From an uncultured Acidobacteriota bacterium (lineage in GTDB: Bacteria; Acidobacteriota; Vicinamibacteria; Vicinamibacterales; SCN-69-37), in assembly GCA_963751445.1 (NCBI GenBank), contig CAVVUL010000008.1:130555-194554 (forward strand): 64,000 nt of DNA. Reading direction: 5' to 3'. Positions 1 to 10,721 of the stretch are shown piece after piece. How positions within the stretch are numbered: the first letter of the stretch is position 1; every line of letters begins with the position of its first letter. The notes under the pieces were generated by a model. That model worked only from the letters and a program-made list of their open reading frames with translations. It made no database searches and was not told the DNA's origin. The translations under genes and the position numbers were made by a program.

Positions 1-147
1 GGGGTTGCGGATCACGCGGGCACCCGAAGAGAACACTCCGCACGGAGGCACGGAGCGGCGGAGGCGCGGAGTCTTCTTTTTGGGGTTGCGGATCACGCGG
101 GCACCCGAAGAGAACACTCCGCGCCTCCGACGCTCCGTGCCTCCGTG
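1..147. repeat. Composite intergenic repeat at the window edge: a 41-bp direct repeat (1-41, 82-122), each copy followed by one arm of a 25-bp inverted repeat (41-65 / 123-147)
   Basis: Seen directly. GGGGTTGCGGATCACGCGGGCACCCGAAGAGAACACTCCGC occurs twice with period 81. Copy 1 is followed by CACGGAGGCACGGAGCGGCGGAGGC, then GCGGAGTCTTCTTTTT. Copy 2 is followed by the reverse complement of that 25-mer with 1 mismatch. ORF 5-262 over it is low-complexity read-through, not coding. The element may continue beyond the window. Confidence 0.8.
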
Positions 148-167
148 TGACCTGACTGTCCCGGCGG

Positions 168-1347
168 CTACGCGCGGCCAACCTTCGCCCCCGGCCCGAG
201 CACGATGCGGCGGAACGATGCGTGGCCGAGGAGCGCGATGGCGGCCTTGCGGTGCCAGTTGAACGACGCGGTCCGCTGGAGGATCGGCACGACGCCGTTG
301 GCGCGGCCCAATTCAACGAGCGCATCAATCGATTCATCGGTGAGCGTTTCGGCGACGCGGCGAAACGCGATGCCCATCCTGATCTCGGCACCGAGCCGTT
401 GCCGCCAGCGGGTCTCGTATTTCTTCAGATCCGGGCTCGCCAGGCGGTCGCGCTGCAGGCATTCGCCCAGCGCGTCGGCGGCGAACTGTCCGCTCAGCAT
501 GCCGTAGTAGATGCCGCCGCCGGTGGTCGGCTTCACCAGGCCCGCGGCATCGCCGACGGCGACCACCCGGTCCGCGTAGGTGCGATCGATGGGCCCCAGC
601 GGCAGGATCTTCAACCGTGGCTCCGGTGCCGGATGCGGATTCCAGCCCGTGCGGGCTGATAGTGTCCGAACGAACGCCGCGAAGCGATCGCGCGCCCGCG
701 ACTGGCTCATCAGGCCGACGCGCGCGCGGGACTCGCCGTCGCGCACGAACGGCACCAGCCACGCGAAGCCTGCCGGCGCCACGTCGCGGCCGAACTGTAC
801 TTCGATCTCGTTCATGGCCGGGAACGGCGTGTCGAGCTGCGCGCTCTGCAGGAACAGGTCCGGGCGTGCCAAGGCCGAGCGACTTGTGGAACCGGTAATT
901 GGCGCCGGCGGCGAGCACGCACGCGCGCGCGAGGACTGCCGGACCTCCGCGCGTCGTCACCGTGACGCCGCGCTGACCGATCTGGATCGCCTCGACGCGA
1001 CTGCCCCGCCGGATCTCCGCGCCGGCCCCCGCCGCGCGCTCGGCCAGCAACCGGTCCAGCGCTGCGCGATCGATGATGGCGGCGCGCACGTCATGGCTCG
1101 CGCTCGAGACGCTGAACGACCGCCCGCTGGCACCCCAGAACCGCGCGGCGCCCGCATGCCCGTGGGCCAGCGATCGCGGCAGGTCGAATTCGTCGAACGC
1201 GTCCTCACCGAGCAGGCCGGTGCAGTGCACGGGCAGGCCGACATCCGCGTGCTCCTCGAGCACGACGACATCGTGGCCCATCTCCGCGAGCCGCGCCGCC
1301 GCGATGGACCCCGCGGGCCCGGCGCCGATGACGACTACGTCGCGCAC
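168..1347 (-). CDS. Geranylgeranyl reductase family FAD-dependent oxidoreductase (one frame break near 870-900)
   Basis: GTG start at 1347 preceded by GGAG. N-terminal dinucleotide-binding motif VVVIGAGPAGS. The N-terminal half lies in the frame of ORF 334-1347 and the C-terminal half (GDAAGLVKPTTGGGIYYGM...) in ORF 168-872. The gene starts 10 nt after the stop of the sugar transferase. Confidence 0.7.
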
Positions 1348-1357
1348 GAGATCTCCG

Positions 1358-1969
1358 TCAGAACTTCCGTCCCCTGGCTTCCCAAGTCCCTCGGAAGGTA
1401 ATCCAGAACGACAGGATTATCAAACGGAGATCGAGGCCGAACGACTGTTTCCGGATGTAGAGCAGGTCGTAGCGGAACTTCTGGCGCCGGGGAATGTCGC
1501 GTGGCGCATAGACCTGGGCGACGCCCGTGAGCCCCGGCGTGACGGAACAGCGGCGCGCGAAGCCGGGCACGTCCTCGAGTGCCTCGGGTGCACCGCTGCC
1601 CTTCACTTCGATCTCGCCCGGCCGGAGCGCGCGCGGACCGACGAAGCTCATGTCGCCGCGGAAGATGCTCAGGAGTTGCGGCAGCTCGTCCATCGCCGTC
1701 GCCCGCAGCCAGCGGCCGACGCGCGTGGTCCGCGGATCGCCCTCCGACGCCTGCCGGGGGCCCGACACGGCCTCCGCATCCGGCACCATCGACCGGAACT
1801 TCAGCACACGAAAGACACGACCGCCCTTCCCCACCCGCTCCTGCGCAAAGAACACCGGGCCGCCATCGTCTATCTTGATCGCGAGCGCGATGAGCCCCCA
1901 AAGCGGCACCGACACCACGATGCCGACGCCGCTGAGCAGGATGTCGAGCGCGCGCTTCATCTGCCTCAT
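1358..1969 (-). CDS. Polyprenyl-phosphate sugar transferase (bacterial sugar transferase family, priming enzyme)
   Basis: Last 203 aa of ORF 1358-2509, starting MRQMKRALD. One TM helix is followed by KFRSM, DELPQL, GDMSFVGPRA and PGLTG signature blocks. Its ATG forms an ATGA overlap with the upstream GT stop (1966-1969). Confidence 0.85.
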   Translation of the reverse strand: MRQMKRALDILLSGVGIVVSVPLWGLIALAIKIDDGGPVFFAQERVGKGGRVFRVLKFRSMVPDAEAVSGPRQASEGDPRTTRVGRWLRATAMDELPQLLSIFRGDMSFVGPRALRPGEIEVKGSGAPEALEDVPGFARRCSVTPGLTGVAQVYAPRDIPRRQKFRYDLLYIRKQSFGLDLRLIILSFWITFRGTWEARGRKF

Positions 1970-3197
1970 TGCCGCGCGACCTTCGTGAACAGATCCATGT
2001 ACTTCGCCACCTGGGCGCGCCGATCGAAGCCGAGGCCGGCGGCGCGCGCATTCGCGCCGAATCGCGTCCTCAGGTCCCGGTCGGCGTAGAACGTACGAAT
2101 GCGCTCCGCCAGCGCCGCGGCGTCGCCCGGTTCGGCCACAAGGCCGCACTGGCGCGTCGTCGTCAGGCTCGCCACTTCGCACGTCTCTTCTACTGCCGCG
2201 ACGTACGGACGACCCGCGGCCAGAATGCCATACAGCTTGCTGGGCACGATGTATCCCGCCAGGCCCCGCTGGAGCGACACGACGAACACGTCGGCCGACG
2301 CAAACGACTCGCCGAGCCGCTCTTTCGGCGTGAACGGCAGGAAGAGTCACGTTCGTCAGGCCGAGCATCTGCACCTGTGCCTGAAGTTCGGCTTTCTTCA
2401 CGCCCTCGCCGACGAACACGACTTTGAGATCCGGCAGGTCCTTCAGCAGTGCGGCGGCGCTGACGATGGTCTCGAGGTTCTGGGAGAGGCCCATGTTGCC
2501 GGAATGCATGACGACGAACGCGTCGGCGAGTCCGTGCGCTTCCGAGAACGGATTGCGCTTCGGCCCTGGCGCGATGGCCGTGGTGTCCGCCCAGTCCGCA
2601 GATGACCGTCGTCTTCTCCGGCGGCGCGCCCTTGTTCTCGATCAGCCGCTGCCGCATCGTGTCGCCAATCGCGACGTTCATGGCCGCGCGGCGCACGAGA
2701 AAGCGGTTGACCCGCTGCAGGAGGCCGTTGATGGTCTCGCTGTGGAAGTCCGGCAGCAGCACCGCGACTTCGGGAAACAGATCCTTGAACGCCATGACCA
2801 GCGGCGCACCGGAATGCGTTTGCCGGCGAGCCCGCGGACAGGCCGATGATCGGCGGATCGGTCAGCGCCACGACGACGTCCGGGCGATCGAGGCGCAGGC
2901 CGGCCCAGCGTGGCGGACAGGAAATACGTCACGTAGTTCGTCGCGCGGCCGGCGAAGCGGCGTTTGTCGAAGCGCGTGCCGCGCGCGCGGCGAATCTCGA
3001 CGCCGTGTGTGGTCCTCGCGCCGGCGGGCGTTGACGCGCAACCGCTCCGCGCCGGCCACCGGCACGAGCGGAGGCCCGGCCACCACCGACACGCGGCAGC
3101 CGTACTCGCGGACCAGATCCTCGCAGAGGTCGGTCAGCAACTGGCCCGTCGCCGTCGTGTCCGGATAGTAGGACCGGTTGAAGAACGCGATATGCAC
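1966..3197 (-). CDS. GT-B (GT4-like) glycosyltransferase, read across at least 4 frame breaks
   Basis: GTG at 3197 with GGAG 5 nt upstream. Fragments seen: VHIAFFNRSYYPDTTATGQL (frame of ORF 2862-3776), FKDLFPEVAVLL..RFLVRRA (2190-2795), MHSGNMGLSQNLE..KVVFVGEG (1358-2509 frame) and VPSKLYGILAAGRPYVA (1966-2289). Confidence 0.7.
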
Positions 3198-3255
3198 GAT
3201 GTCTCCAGTGTGCCGCAGTAGTCGGCGGCCTTCAGGCGCCGACTCGAGCGCTTCT

Positions 3256-3283
3256 CCGGCGGGCTGAAGCCCGCCGGCTACTG
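3256..3283 (-). repeat. REP-type hairpin family 1, copy a (CAGTAG + CCGGCGGGC-TTCA-GCCCGCCGG on the minus strand)
   Basis: Plus strand reads CCGGCGGGCTGAAGCCCGCCGGCTACTG: a 9-bp perfect stem with a 4-nt loop. The TAG inside CAGTAG is the stop codon of the carbamoyltransferase (3278-3280). Confidence 0.8.
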
Positions 3284-5046
3284 CGGTACGCCCTTCACGA
3301 TCGCCGTATTCCCCATTACCAGCACGTCCATCCGCGTGCGCAGGAAGCAATCGAGCGCTTCGGCGGGCTGGAGGACGATCGGTTCGTTCTCGTTGAACGA
3401 GGTGTTCAGGACGACGGGACGCCCGTTTCGCCGCTCGAACGCGCGGATGAGCGCCCAGTAGCGGCGGATTGCCGTCTCTGTCGACCGTCTGCAGGCGTCC
3501 GATGCCATCCACGTGGGTTACCGCCGGAATGACGGCCCGCTTGTCGGCCCGCACCGGATAGACCTGCATCATGAACGGGTCCGGCACCGCGCCCTCGAAG
3601 TAGTCGGCCCGTGACTCCTCGACGCACCGATGGCGCGAACGGGCGGAACTTCTCGCGGAACTTGATCTTCGTGTTGATGATCTCGCGCATGTCGGCGCGG
3701 CGGGGATCGGCCAGGATGCTGCGATTGCCCGAGCGCCCGCGCGCCCCACTCCATGCCGGCCCTGGAACCAGCCCACGACCTGGCCCTCCGCGATGTAGCG
3801 AGCCGTCCAGGTCGCAGGTCGTCATCGCTGGTGAACGGCAACGTCTGGCACCGCGCGGCGCAGAGGTCGTCGCCGCGCGCCTCAGGGCGGCATCGACTGT
3901 CGGCCGCCGAGAACTCCGGCCCCCAGTAGCCGTGCGCATCGACGAAGCCGCGCGGCTGCCCGAGCACCTGATTCCAGACCCAGTAGGCCGCGCCGAGCGC
4001 CGTGCCGTTGTCGCCGGCCGCCGGCTGGATGTAGACCTCCCGGAACGGCGTGCGCTCGCGGATCTTGCCGTTGGCGACGCTGTTCATCGCGCAGCCGCCC
4101 GCCAGACAGAGACGCGGCGACGGCATGCGCGCGTGCAGGCCGTTCAGGACATGGAACGCGGCGTCCTCGAACACGGCCTGCAGCGACGCGGCGATGGCCT
4201 CGTGCGCGCGCCGTCAGCGGCGCGTCCCCGGCGCGCGCGGGTCCGAGCATGCGTCTCGAGCTTCGGCGCTGAACACGCGCTCGAGCTTCGGCTCCCCATC
4301 GTCCCACGTCATGCCCGCGCCACCGGACCAGTGCGGAGAAGTACGAGAGGTCGAGCTCGAACAGGCCGCCCGGTTTCAGCCGAATCAGATGGCCGAATCT
4401 CGCGCGCGAACTCCGGCCGGCCGTACGGCGCAAGGCCCATCACCTTGAATTCGTCGCCGAACTTCGTGAAGCCGAGGTACTGCGTGAGCGCCAGATACAG
4501 GACGCCCAGCGAGTGCGGATAGAACGTGCGGTGCACGACGTCGAGCGACCGGTCATGGCCGTGCGCCCACGAGGTGGACACGAAGTCGCCGAAGCCGTCG
4601 ATCGCGCAGACCGCCGCCTCCTCGAACGGCGACACGAAGAAGGCGCTCGCCAGATGCGCCGGGTGGTGCTCGACCCAGTGCACGTGCGGACGCGGGTCGG
4701 ATCCGGACAAGCCGAGCACGCCGGCGAGCGTGTCCGGGATTTCGCCGACGCGCCGATAGTTCGCGGCGCGATCGCGCACGAGCCCGGCGCCCGGCCGGTG
4801 GGTCGCGGCGAAGAGAACCTTTCGCCACAGATGCGCGCGCGGATTCCGTGAGACGCCGACGTGATGCACATCGCGGCCTGATATGCCGCCCTCGCGCAGG
4901 CATTCGAGGATGGCCCGCTCCGGAAATCCCGCGACGTGCTTGATGCGCCGGAAGCGCTCTTCCTCGACGGCGGCTACCAGCTCGCCGTCGCGCACGAGCA
5001 CCGCGGAGACGTCACCGTGATACGCGTTGATGCCGAGGATGTTCAT
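3278..5046 (-). CDS. Carbamoyltransferase (NodU/CmcH family), at least 4 frame breaks
   Basis: N-terminus MNILGINAYHGDVSAVLVRDGELVAAVEEERFRRIKH (tail of ORF 4309-5799). Internal fragments in ORFs 3882-4433, 3569-4174 and 3406-3939. C-terminus VVLNTSFNENEPIV (ORF 3278-3508). ATGA overlap with the asnB-family stop at 5043-5046. Confidence 0.8.
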
Positions 5047-6995
5047 GACGCGCGCACGCCCTGCCGATCGAGCCACGCGTTCAGCGCGACCAGGACCCAC
5101 ACCCGGCTCCACGTCACGCCCGCCTCGCGGCGCAGGAATCGCGCCCACAGCCCAGACGCGGCGCCCGGCCTGAGGATGCCGCGGCCATCCAGTCCGCGGT
5201 CGCCCAGCTGCGCGTCGCAGAACGTCCGCAACGGTCCGCGCATCCATGTGTCGAACGGCAGCGCGAAGCCGCGTTTCGGCTGGTGGACGATGGCCCCGGG
5301 CAGCGGCCGTTCGAGACTCTTCACCAGCAGCGATTTCGGCGTGACCCCGCCCGACTTGAGTGCGTCCGGCAGCGACACCACGTACGACGCCAGGCGATGG
5401 TCCAGCAGCGGCACACGCACCTCGAGGCCGTGCGCCATGCTCATCTGATCCGTGTCCCGCAGCAGCACGTCGTGCATGTAGGCGGCCGACTCGGCGTACG
5501 AAATGCGCGCCCACAATCCGGCGTCGCTGAATTCCTCGAACGCCTGCGCGAGCATGGCCACGTAGGTATTGGCCGCGGCCTCGTCTGGCACGTCGCGCGC
5601 GAGCAGCACATCGCGCCGATCGCCGGCGGACAGCACCTGCCGCGTGAGCGGCCAGATTTCCGCGAGCGAGCCGTCGGTTTCGAGGACCGCCGCGGCTTTC
5701 TCGGCGGCCACGCCGCCCCGGCTGGCTCTTCGCAGCATCTTCGCGGCGGCCTGGCGCATGACGACCGGCGACTGGCTCATGCGGCGCGCGGCCGGCCACA
5801 GGCGGCTCAGTCGCTGGAAGGACGGATACCCGCCGAAGATCTCGTCGCCGCCCAGACCGGACAGCGCCACCTTCAGGCCGCGGTCGTGCGCGGCCTTCGA
5901 CACGACGAACGTGTTGAGGCCGTCACCGCTCGGATGATCGACGGCCGACAGCGCGCCGGGCAGCATGCCCACGATGTCCGATCCGCGCAGGCGGATCTCG
6001 GCGTGGTCGGTGCCGAACGCCTCGGCGACCGCGCGCGCCGCCGCGGATTCGTCGGCCGCCGCATCCTCGTCGAGCCCGACTGTGAATGTACGAGGCGTGA
6101 CGCCCAGCGACCGCAGCGTGGACACGAGCGCGCCGGAATCGATGCCGCCGGACAGGAACACGCCGACCGGCACGTCGCTCACGAGGTGCGACTGGACGGC
6201 CTCACGCAGGAGGTCGCCCACGCGGCTCAGCGCCGCGGGCTCGGACACCGGGCCTTTACTTTCTTGGATTTCGCTGGGGCCGCGCGACTCGCGCGTGTCG
6301 CCCGCCAGCAGCGACCAATATCGCCGCGTCGTCATCTGCCCGCGCGCGCTCACGTCCATCACGTGGCCGGGCTCGAGCATGCGGACGTCGCGCAGCAGCG
6401 TCGTTGGCGTCGGCGCGGTCTGATGGCCGAGGTAGTGCCACAGGCTGCCCGTGTCCAGATCCGGCCGAACGAGACCGGACGCGAGGAGCGCGCGCACTTC
6501 AGAGGCAAACACGAAGTGCTGCGGGCCGCGATGGTAGTACAGCGGCTTGATGCCGAACCGGTCGCGCGCCAGCAGCAACCGGTCCTGCGCCGCGTCCCAC
6601 AGGCCGAACGCAAACATTCCGTCGAGGTGATCGACGACCGATGGGCCCCAGTGCTGGTAGCCGGCGAGCAGCACTTCGGTGTCCGACTCGGACGTGAACG
6701 CCGCGCCGTGCTCGCGCAGCCGACTTCGCAACGCGCGGTAGTTGTAGATCTCGCCGTTGTACGACACCGCCGTGCGATCGCGCGCCATCGGCTGTCGTCC
6801 GCCGTCTGACAGATCGATGATGGCGAGCCTGGTGTGGCCGAGCGCGACGACACTGCCCGAGGCCGTCGATGCGTGCCACTGCCCTTCGCCGTCCGGACCG
6901 CGATGCTTCAGCGCGGGCAGCATCGCCTCCACGACACGCCGCGCCGGCGCGTCCTCCGCCGAATCGAACATCAGCACGCCCGCGATGCCGCACAT
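5043..6995 (-). CDS. Asparagine synthase family glutamine amidotransferase (AsnB/WbpS-like), intact 650 aa
   Basis: MCGIAG Ntn-amidotransferase N-terminus and the SGGIDS PP-loop motif. Uninterrupted ORF. Confidence 0.9.
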   Translation of the reverse strand: MCGIAGVLMFDSAEDAPARRVVEAMLPALKHRGPDGEGQWHASTASGSVVALGHTRLAIIDLSDGGRQPMARDRTAVSYNGEIYNYRALRSRLREHGAAFTSESDTEVLLAGYQHWGPSVVDHLDGMFAFGLWDAAQDRLLLARDRFGIKPLYYHRGPQHFVFASEVRALLASGLVRPDLDTGSLWHYLGHQTAPTPTTLLRDVRMLEPGHVMDVSARGQMTTRRYWSLLAGDTRESRGPSEIQESKGPVSEPAALSRVGDLLREAVQSHLVSDVPVGVFLSGGIDSGALVSTLRSLGVTPRTFTVGLDEDAAADESAAARAVAEAFGTDHAEIRLRGSDIVGMLPGALSAVDHPSGDGLNTFVVSKAAHDRGLKVALSGLGGDEIFGGYPSFQRLSRLWPAARRMSQSPVVMRQAAAKMLRRASRGGVAAEKAAAVLETDGSLAEIWPLTRQVLSAGDRRDVLLARDVPDEAAANTYVAMLAQAFEEFSDAGLWARISYAESAAYMHDVLLRDTDQMSMAHGLEVRVPLLDHRLASYVVSLPDALKSGGVTPKSLLVKSLERPLPGAIVHQPKRGFALPFDTWMRGPLRTFCDAQLGDRGLDGRGILRPGAASGLWARFLRREAGVTWSRVWVLVALNAWLDRQGVRAS

Positions 6996-6997
6996 GG

Positions 6998-8158
6998 CTA
7001 CGGTCGTCCTCCCACCGGCACTGCGCGGAGGGACCGGTACAGGCGCTCGAGTTGCGCGGCGGTCTCGGCCCAGGTGAAACGCGCGGCCAGCGCGCGCGCG
7101 GCCTGCGATCGCGCCTCGCGATCGGCCGCGTCGCGCATCGCCATCAGCAGGGCGTCGCGCAGCTCAGCCTCATCTGGTCCGACGACCCAGCCGGCACGAG
7201 CCGACGCCACCAGCGGCGCGAGGTTGACGCCGCGCGACACGATCGCCGGCACACCGCGCGCGAGCGCTTCGACCAGGCTCAGTCCGAAGTTCTCCTGGTG
7301 GGACGGCATGGCGAAGACGGCGGCCCGGCTCAGCCACTCGCGCTTCAGGTCCCCGGCCAGCCACCCCACGAAGGCGATGCGATCGGCCGCCGGCCCGGAC
7401 GCCGCGAGGCGCTGGAGTTCGGCGCGATGGTCCGCGTCGCCGTCTCCGGCAATCGCGAGGCGCCATGCTCGACAATCCGGCGCGGACGCCGTCGCGTGGA
7501 ACGCGCGGATGAGCACGTCGAGCCGCTTGATGGGATGCAGGCGCGTGAGCGCCACCACCAGGCGGTCGCGCTGCCCGGCCGGCACGACGGGCTCCGACAG
7601 ATACCGGTCGTCGACGCCGGAGGGAATGACGACGCTCGCGACCAATCCCGTCAGCGGCGCCGCGAGCCGCTGTTCCTCCTCCGTCACGAAATGCAGGGCC
7701 GCCGCGCCGGCGATCAGGTGTTTGACCGCCGTGCCGAGCAGCACGCGCTTCTTCCACGCGCCCTGCGACAGCGCGAACGGGTCGAGCGAGCCCAGCGGGC
7801 GTACGACGTAGGGCACGCGGTCGCGCCGGCACACGCGGCCCGCCGCGAGGCTCGAGTGCGAGAACACCGCATGGATGTGGACCGCGTCGAAGTCGCGAAC
7901 CGCGTCGCGCAGCCAGCGGGCCAGCCCGCCGGAATACTTGAACCGCTCGCCCAGCCGCGGAAACAGCATCGCGTTCACGCCCTCGAACGTCGTCATTTCG
8001 CCGGTCCGGACAGACAGCACGCCGTCGCCATCGGCGTTGGTCGTGGCCATCACGGTCCGGACGCCGCGCGCGTCGAGCGCGCGGCACATGCCGACGACGG
8101 CCTCGCTCGGCCCGCCGTAGCGGGAGGCGACCGACGGAATGACGTGCAACACCCGCAC
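6998..8158 (-). CDS. GT4 family glycosyltransferase, intact
   Basis: GTG at 8158 (VRVLHVIPSVASRYGGP). C-terminal sugar-donor motif PSHQENFGLSLVEALARGVPAIVS. The longer ORF-track start (8608) runs through the upstream gene. Confidence 0.85.
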   Translation of the reverse strand: MRVLHVIPSVASRYGGPSEAVVGMCRALDARGVRTVMATTNADGDGVLSVRTGEMTTFEGVNAMLFPRLGERFKYSGGLARWLRDAVRDFDAVHIHAVFSHSSLAAGRVCRRDRVPYVVRPLGSLDPFALSQGAWKKRVLLGTAVKHLIAGAAALHFVTEEEQRLAAPLTGLVASVVIPSGVDDRYLSEPVVPAGQRDRLVVALTRLHPIKRLDVLIRAFHATASAPDCRAWRLAIAGDGDADHRAELQRLAASGPAADRIAFVGWLAGDLKREWLSRAAVFAMPSHQENFGLSLVEALARGVPAIVSRGVNLAPLVASARAGWVVGPDEAELRDALLMAMRDAADREARSQAARALAARFTWAETAAQLERLYRSLRAVPVGGRP

Positions 8159-8159
8159 G

Positions 8160-9251
8160 CTACGCTCCGCCCATCCCAGGAAACCCGGCGCGCAGGAGAT
8201 CCACGATCTGCTGCCGGAACCGGCCGTACTGATACACCTCCGCCACGCGCGCGCGGCCCGCTTCGCCCAGCGCCCACCGCCGGTCGGGCGACTCGAGCAG
8301 ATCGGCAATGCGGCGGCCGAGTGTCGCGACGTCATCCGGATCGACGAGCACGCCGGTCGTGCCGTCTTCGATGACCTCGGACGCGGCGTCGTGCGGCGAC
8401 CCCACGCACGCCAGGCCGTGCGCCATCGCCTCGAGATACACCAGGCCGAATCCCTCGCCGCGGCTCGGCAGGGCGAACAGTGCCGCCTGCGCGTACTCCG
8501 CGTCGAGCGCCCGTTTCGGCAGGAATCCCGTGAACCGCACCGAGCCGCCGGCTGGGCTGTCCGCCGCGAGTCGCGCCAGCCGTGGGGCGTCGTCGCCCTC
8601 GCCGGCAATCACCAATCGCGCGTCGGGCACGCGCGCCACGACGCCGGGCCAGGCGCGGATGAGCTGTTCGTGCCCCTTGTACCGTTCGCTGGCGGACAGG
8701 CGTCCGACCATGAGCACGGTTCGGCCGTTTCGCGCACGGGCGGCTTCGGGCGCCGGCAGCGCCATGCCCTTCGGCAACGCGGGAGGGCAAATCACGATGT
8801 CGCCCACGGCGGGATTCGCCGCCGCGACCGCGCGTGCGGTGAACCGGGAATTCGCGATGCGCAAGGAGGCCCCGCGCACGGCTGCCATCTCTGCCCGCGT
8901 CAGAGGCTTCCAGGCTTCGATGCCGTGCAGGAACACGGCATACGGCGCGCGCAAACCGACGGGCAGGTAGCCCTCGACCCGCGCCAGCCCCAAATGTGAG
9001 AACAGCGTCCAGGCCGGCCGCGCGCCCAGGCGCCGCCGTGCGAGCGCCGCGCCAAACCGGATCTTGTCCGCGACGTGCGGCAACACGTGACCGTTGCCCA
9101 CCAGCGTCACCAGGTCGACGCTGGACGGCCACGTGTCGCGCATCGCGTCCCACAGCAGCTCCGAGACGCGCCCGATGCCGCCGCCCCGCTCGCCCAGCAT
9201 GGGCGCCGCCAGCACACGCCGGCGAGTCGATGCCGCGGGCATCGTGCTCAT
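8160..9251 (-). CDS. GT4 family glycosyltransferase, intact
   Basis: ATG at 9251 (MSTMPAAS). Motif PSRGEGFGLVYLEAMAHGLACVGS. The 845-aa ORF 8160-10697 is a read-through fusion with the upstream membrane protein. ATGA overlap at 9248-9251. Confidence 0.85.
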   Translation of the reverse strand: MSTMPAASTRRRVLAAPMLGERGGGIGRVSELLWDAMRDTWPSSVDLVTLVGNGHVLPHVADKIRFGAALARRRLGARPAWTLFSHLGLARVEGYLPVGLRAPYAVFLHGIEAWKPLTRAEMAAVRGASLRIANSRFTARAVAAANPAVGDIVICPPALPKGMALPAPEAARARNGRTVLMVGRLSASERYKGHEQLIRAWPGVVARVPDARLVIAGEGDDAPRLARLAADSPAGGSVRFTGFLPKRALDAEYAQAALFALPSRGEGFGLVYLEAMAHGLACVGSPHDAASEVIEDGTTGVLVDPDDVATLGRRIADLLESPDRRWALGEAGRARVAEVYQYGRFRQQIVDLLRAGFPGMGGA

Positions 9252-10697
9252 GGCGCCGGCGCTCCCATCGGCGCGGCGGCGGCAGGTCTGGCGGGTGTCT
9301 CGGGCTCCGTGCCCGTCAGCCAGGCCAGTTGCGGCCGGAGGATGAACAGCAGCGCCAGCGTCACGATGGCGTTCAGGTTGAGCGCCGCGAAGCCCTTGAT
9401 GAACTGGTGCTCGAAGTCCGCCACGGCCAGCAGGACGACGACCATCGCCCCGTAGCGCAGGGCCGGTACGGCCGTCCACGCGCGCACGGCGCCCGCAATG
9501 AGCCCCATCCAGCACCCGTACGCGAACACGGACGCGAACATCCCGGCCAGGCCCCAATCCGCATAGAACTCGGCCATGTAGCCGATGCTGATGGACGTCT
9601 GTCCTTCCGCGACCTGAATGCCGGTGAACCGGCGCGTGTAGTACCGAATCGGACGGCAGTTCCGGCTTGTCGGGGTTCAGCAGCCGCGGCACGAACGCAT
9701 TCAGCATCGCCATCCGCAGCAGTTCGCCATGCGCGTACGGTTCCCGGTCCGGCACGTGCTCGAGCACGCGGGAGAAGAACGTAATGTAGGACACGCGCTC
9801 CACCAGTGCCTGGACGTACGGCTCGGGGTGCTCGAGGAGCGCCGGCAGTTCGCTGCGGAAATTCTCGACGAAGAAACTGATGTGCTGCGAGGGGTCGGCG
9901 CCGATGGCGCCGGCATCGTGCGCCATGCGCGTGTTCCGCTTGAGGCCGCCCTGCCAGATCAGCAGCAGGATGAGCAGGGCCGCGGCAAACGGCGCGCCCT
10001 TGAGCAGCGCCACGATGCTGCGCGGCCACCACCTGGACTCCCACGGCCGCCACGACGCCGCGAGCACCAGCAGCATGAGCACGATCGGGCTCTTGAAGTC
10101 CGAGTAGTACGTGCCCAGGCGCGGGATCACCGCCCAGGCGAACGACACAAAGAGCAGGAACACGTGCCGACGCGACCGGAGGATTTCCAGCCAGAGCGTG
10201 ACCAGGAGCACCTGACGGAACTCGAGCACCCGCTGCACGAACGACGCGATGCCGCCGAACTCGCGCGCGTTCAGCGTGTACACGTAATCCACGGCATAGC
10301 ACGCCATCACGACGACGAAGAGCGGCCAGACGCGGGAGTCGGGCCCTTCGACGGCAGGCCCTTCGGCAGCGCGCCCGCGGCCCCCCGCCCACTGCGAGGT
10401 CAGGCGGGCGCCAACCGCGAGCACGAGCAATCCCGTCAACGCGATCGTCATCGTGCGCTCGACGTCGCCCGGCACGTAGTAACCCGGGAAGGTACCGAAC
10501 CACGAGGCGTACCAGTGGCCGGCGGTCACGGACAGCCACTGCAGGCCAATGATGAACGGCAGGACGGGCGGGTCGTCTTTTCGCCACAGCAGGCCCGTAC
10601 CCGCAATCAGCACGAACACCGCGTACGCCGTGTTGAGGTCGTCCGCAATCACGCCGGCGAGCGTGCCCAGCACCAGGGCCACGCTGGGCCCGAGCAC
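9248..10697 (-). CDS. Wzy-like polysaccharide polymerase / O-antigen-ligase-like polytopic membrane protein (one frame break near 9600-9650)
   Basis: About 480 aa, almost entirely hydrophobic helices (10 or more), with no soluble domain, embedded among GTs. The C-terminal 109 aa are in ORF 9248-9577. The function is inferred from topology and context only. Confidence 0.55.
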
Positions 10698-10721
10698 GGT
10701 CAGCGGGTATCGTCCAGATGA

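Noticed and set aside
1-147. Possible CRISPR array edge (41-bp repeats with approximately 40-bp spacing)
   Set aside because: Only two repeat copies are present. The two spacers are reverse complements of each other, which is not spacer-like. There are no cas genes in the window, and the repeat has no typical CRISPR terminal motif. It is better described as a composite REP/terminator-like element.
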